NCBI GenBank assembly: GCA_902603665.1
Contig: CACKVV010000001.1
Location: 21,607-85,606 of the forward strand
Origin: an uncultured Pelagibacteraceae bacterium
Lineage (GTDB): Bacteria; Pseudomonadota; Alphaproteobacteria; Pelagibacterales; Pelagibacteraceae
Direction: 5' to 3'
DNA: 64,000 nt
The notes below the pieces were generated by a model. The model saw only the letters and a list, made by a program, of their open reading frames with translations, did not search any database and was not told the DNA's origin. Numbering within the stretch: the first letter of the stretch is position 1; each line of letters starts with the position of its first letter. Both the position numbers and the translations under genes were made by a program. Of the stretch, positions 63,659 to 64,000 are shown piece after piece.

Positions 63659-64000
63659 TTAAATTTTATTCAAAATTTTTGGTTTAGGACCACCTGTATA
63701 CCAATCTAGCAGTTCTATAGTATGTAAAATTGGTATATTAGTACCATTAGATATTTGGGTGATACAGCCTATATTTCCAGTAGATATAATCTGTGGATTT
63801 GTACTCTCTATATTCTTAACTTTGTCTTTTAAAAGATTTTTCGCGATTTCTGTTTGCAGAATATTATAAGTTCCAGCAGAGCCACAACAAAGGTGTCCAT
63901 TAGGTATTTCAATAATATCATTGTCAGTTTTTTGAAGTAAGCTGATCGGTTCATTATGAACCTTTTGACCATGTTGCATTGAACATGCAGAATGATAAGC
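63659..64000 (-). CDS. glcF: Glycolate oxidase Fe-S subunit, C-terminal part (5' end outside window)
   Basis: Frame open to window edge: AYHSACSMQHGQ..CCGSAGTYNILQ..NIGC (CCG domain). Confidence 0.88.
   Translation of the reverse strand, partial: AYHSACSMQHGQKVHNEPISLLQKTDNDIIEIPNGHLCCGSAGTYNILQTEIAKNLLKDKVKNIESTNPQIISTGNIGCITQISNGTNIPILHTIELLDWYTGGPKPKILNKI

Noticed and set aside
63659-63979. 106-aa ORF as a small stand-alone gene or pseudogene (likewise 95..442)
   Set aside because: Both frames stay open to the window edge, so they are truncated by the window only.

Overview
Very AT-rich (roughly 30% GC by eye), gene-dense core-genome segment of a streamlined marine alphaproteobacterium, almost certainly SAR11/Pelagibacterales. 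Evidence for this is a Pelagibacter-type DmdA, class I LysRS, the SAM-II/metX and ffh leader RNAs, and minimal intergenic spacers. In order, the window holds: a polyamine cluster (ODC-fold decarboxylase, DHS-like protein, PhzF-family protein, agmatinase); queuosine-precursor transporter-rpmB-pyrD-lysS; trkH-ampG-NlpC/P60; tyrC-hisC; SAM-II riboswitch-metXW-gloB; rplU-rpmA-obg-proBA-nadD-rsfS-ctpA-rppH; a 28-gene minus-strand run (ffh-rpsP-trmD-rplS-leuCDB-dmdCBA-asd-sdhCDAB-mmsA-mdh-sucCDAB-lpdA-priA-atpHAGDC); dapF-ftsY; and a glcF / 2-hydroxyacid dehydrogenase / TRAP / amidase region. I saw no tRNA, rRNA, CRISPR or mobile element. The strongest observation is that both axial heme-b histidines of the succinate dehydrogenase anchor are replaced (SdhC H->Q, SdhD H->F, plus neighbouring heme-pocket changes) while quinone-site residues are kept, which suggests a natural heme-free complex II. 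Other points of interest are an atypical expression platform on the SAM-II riboswitch, an extended pseudoknot-capable ffh leader, a hairpin covering the dmdA initiation region, a TRAP/malonamidase-like module, and a 58-aa membrane ORF missed by the track. All calls come from motif recognition by eye; no database searches were run.
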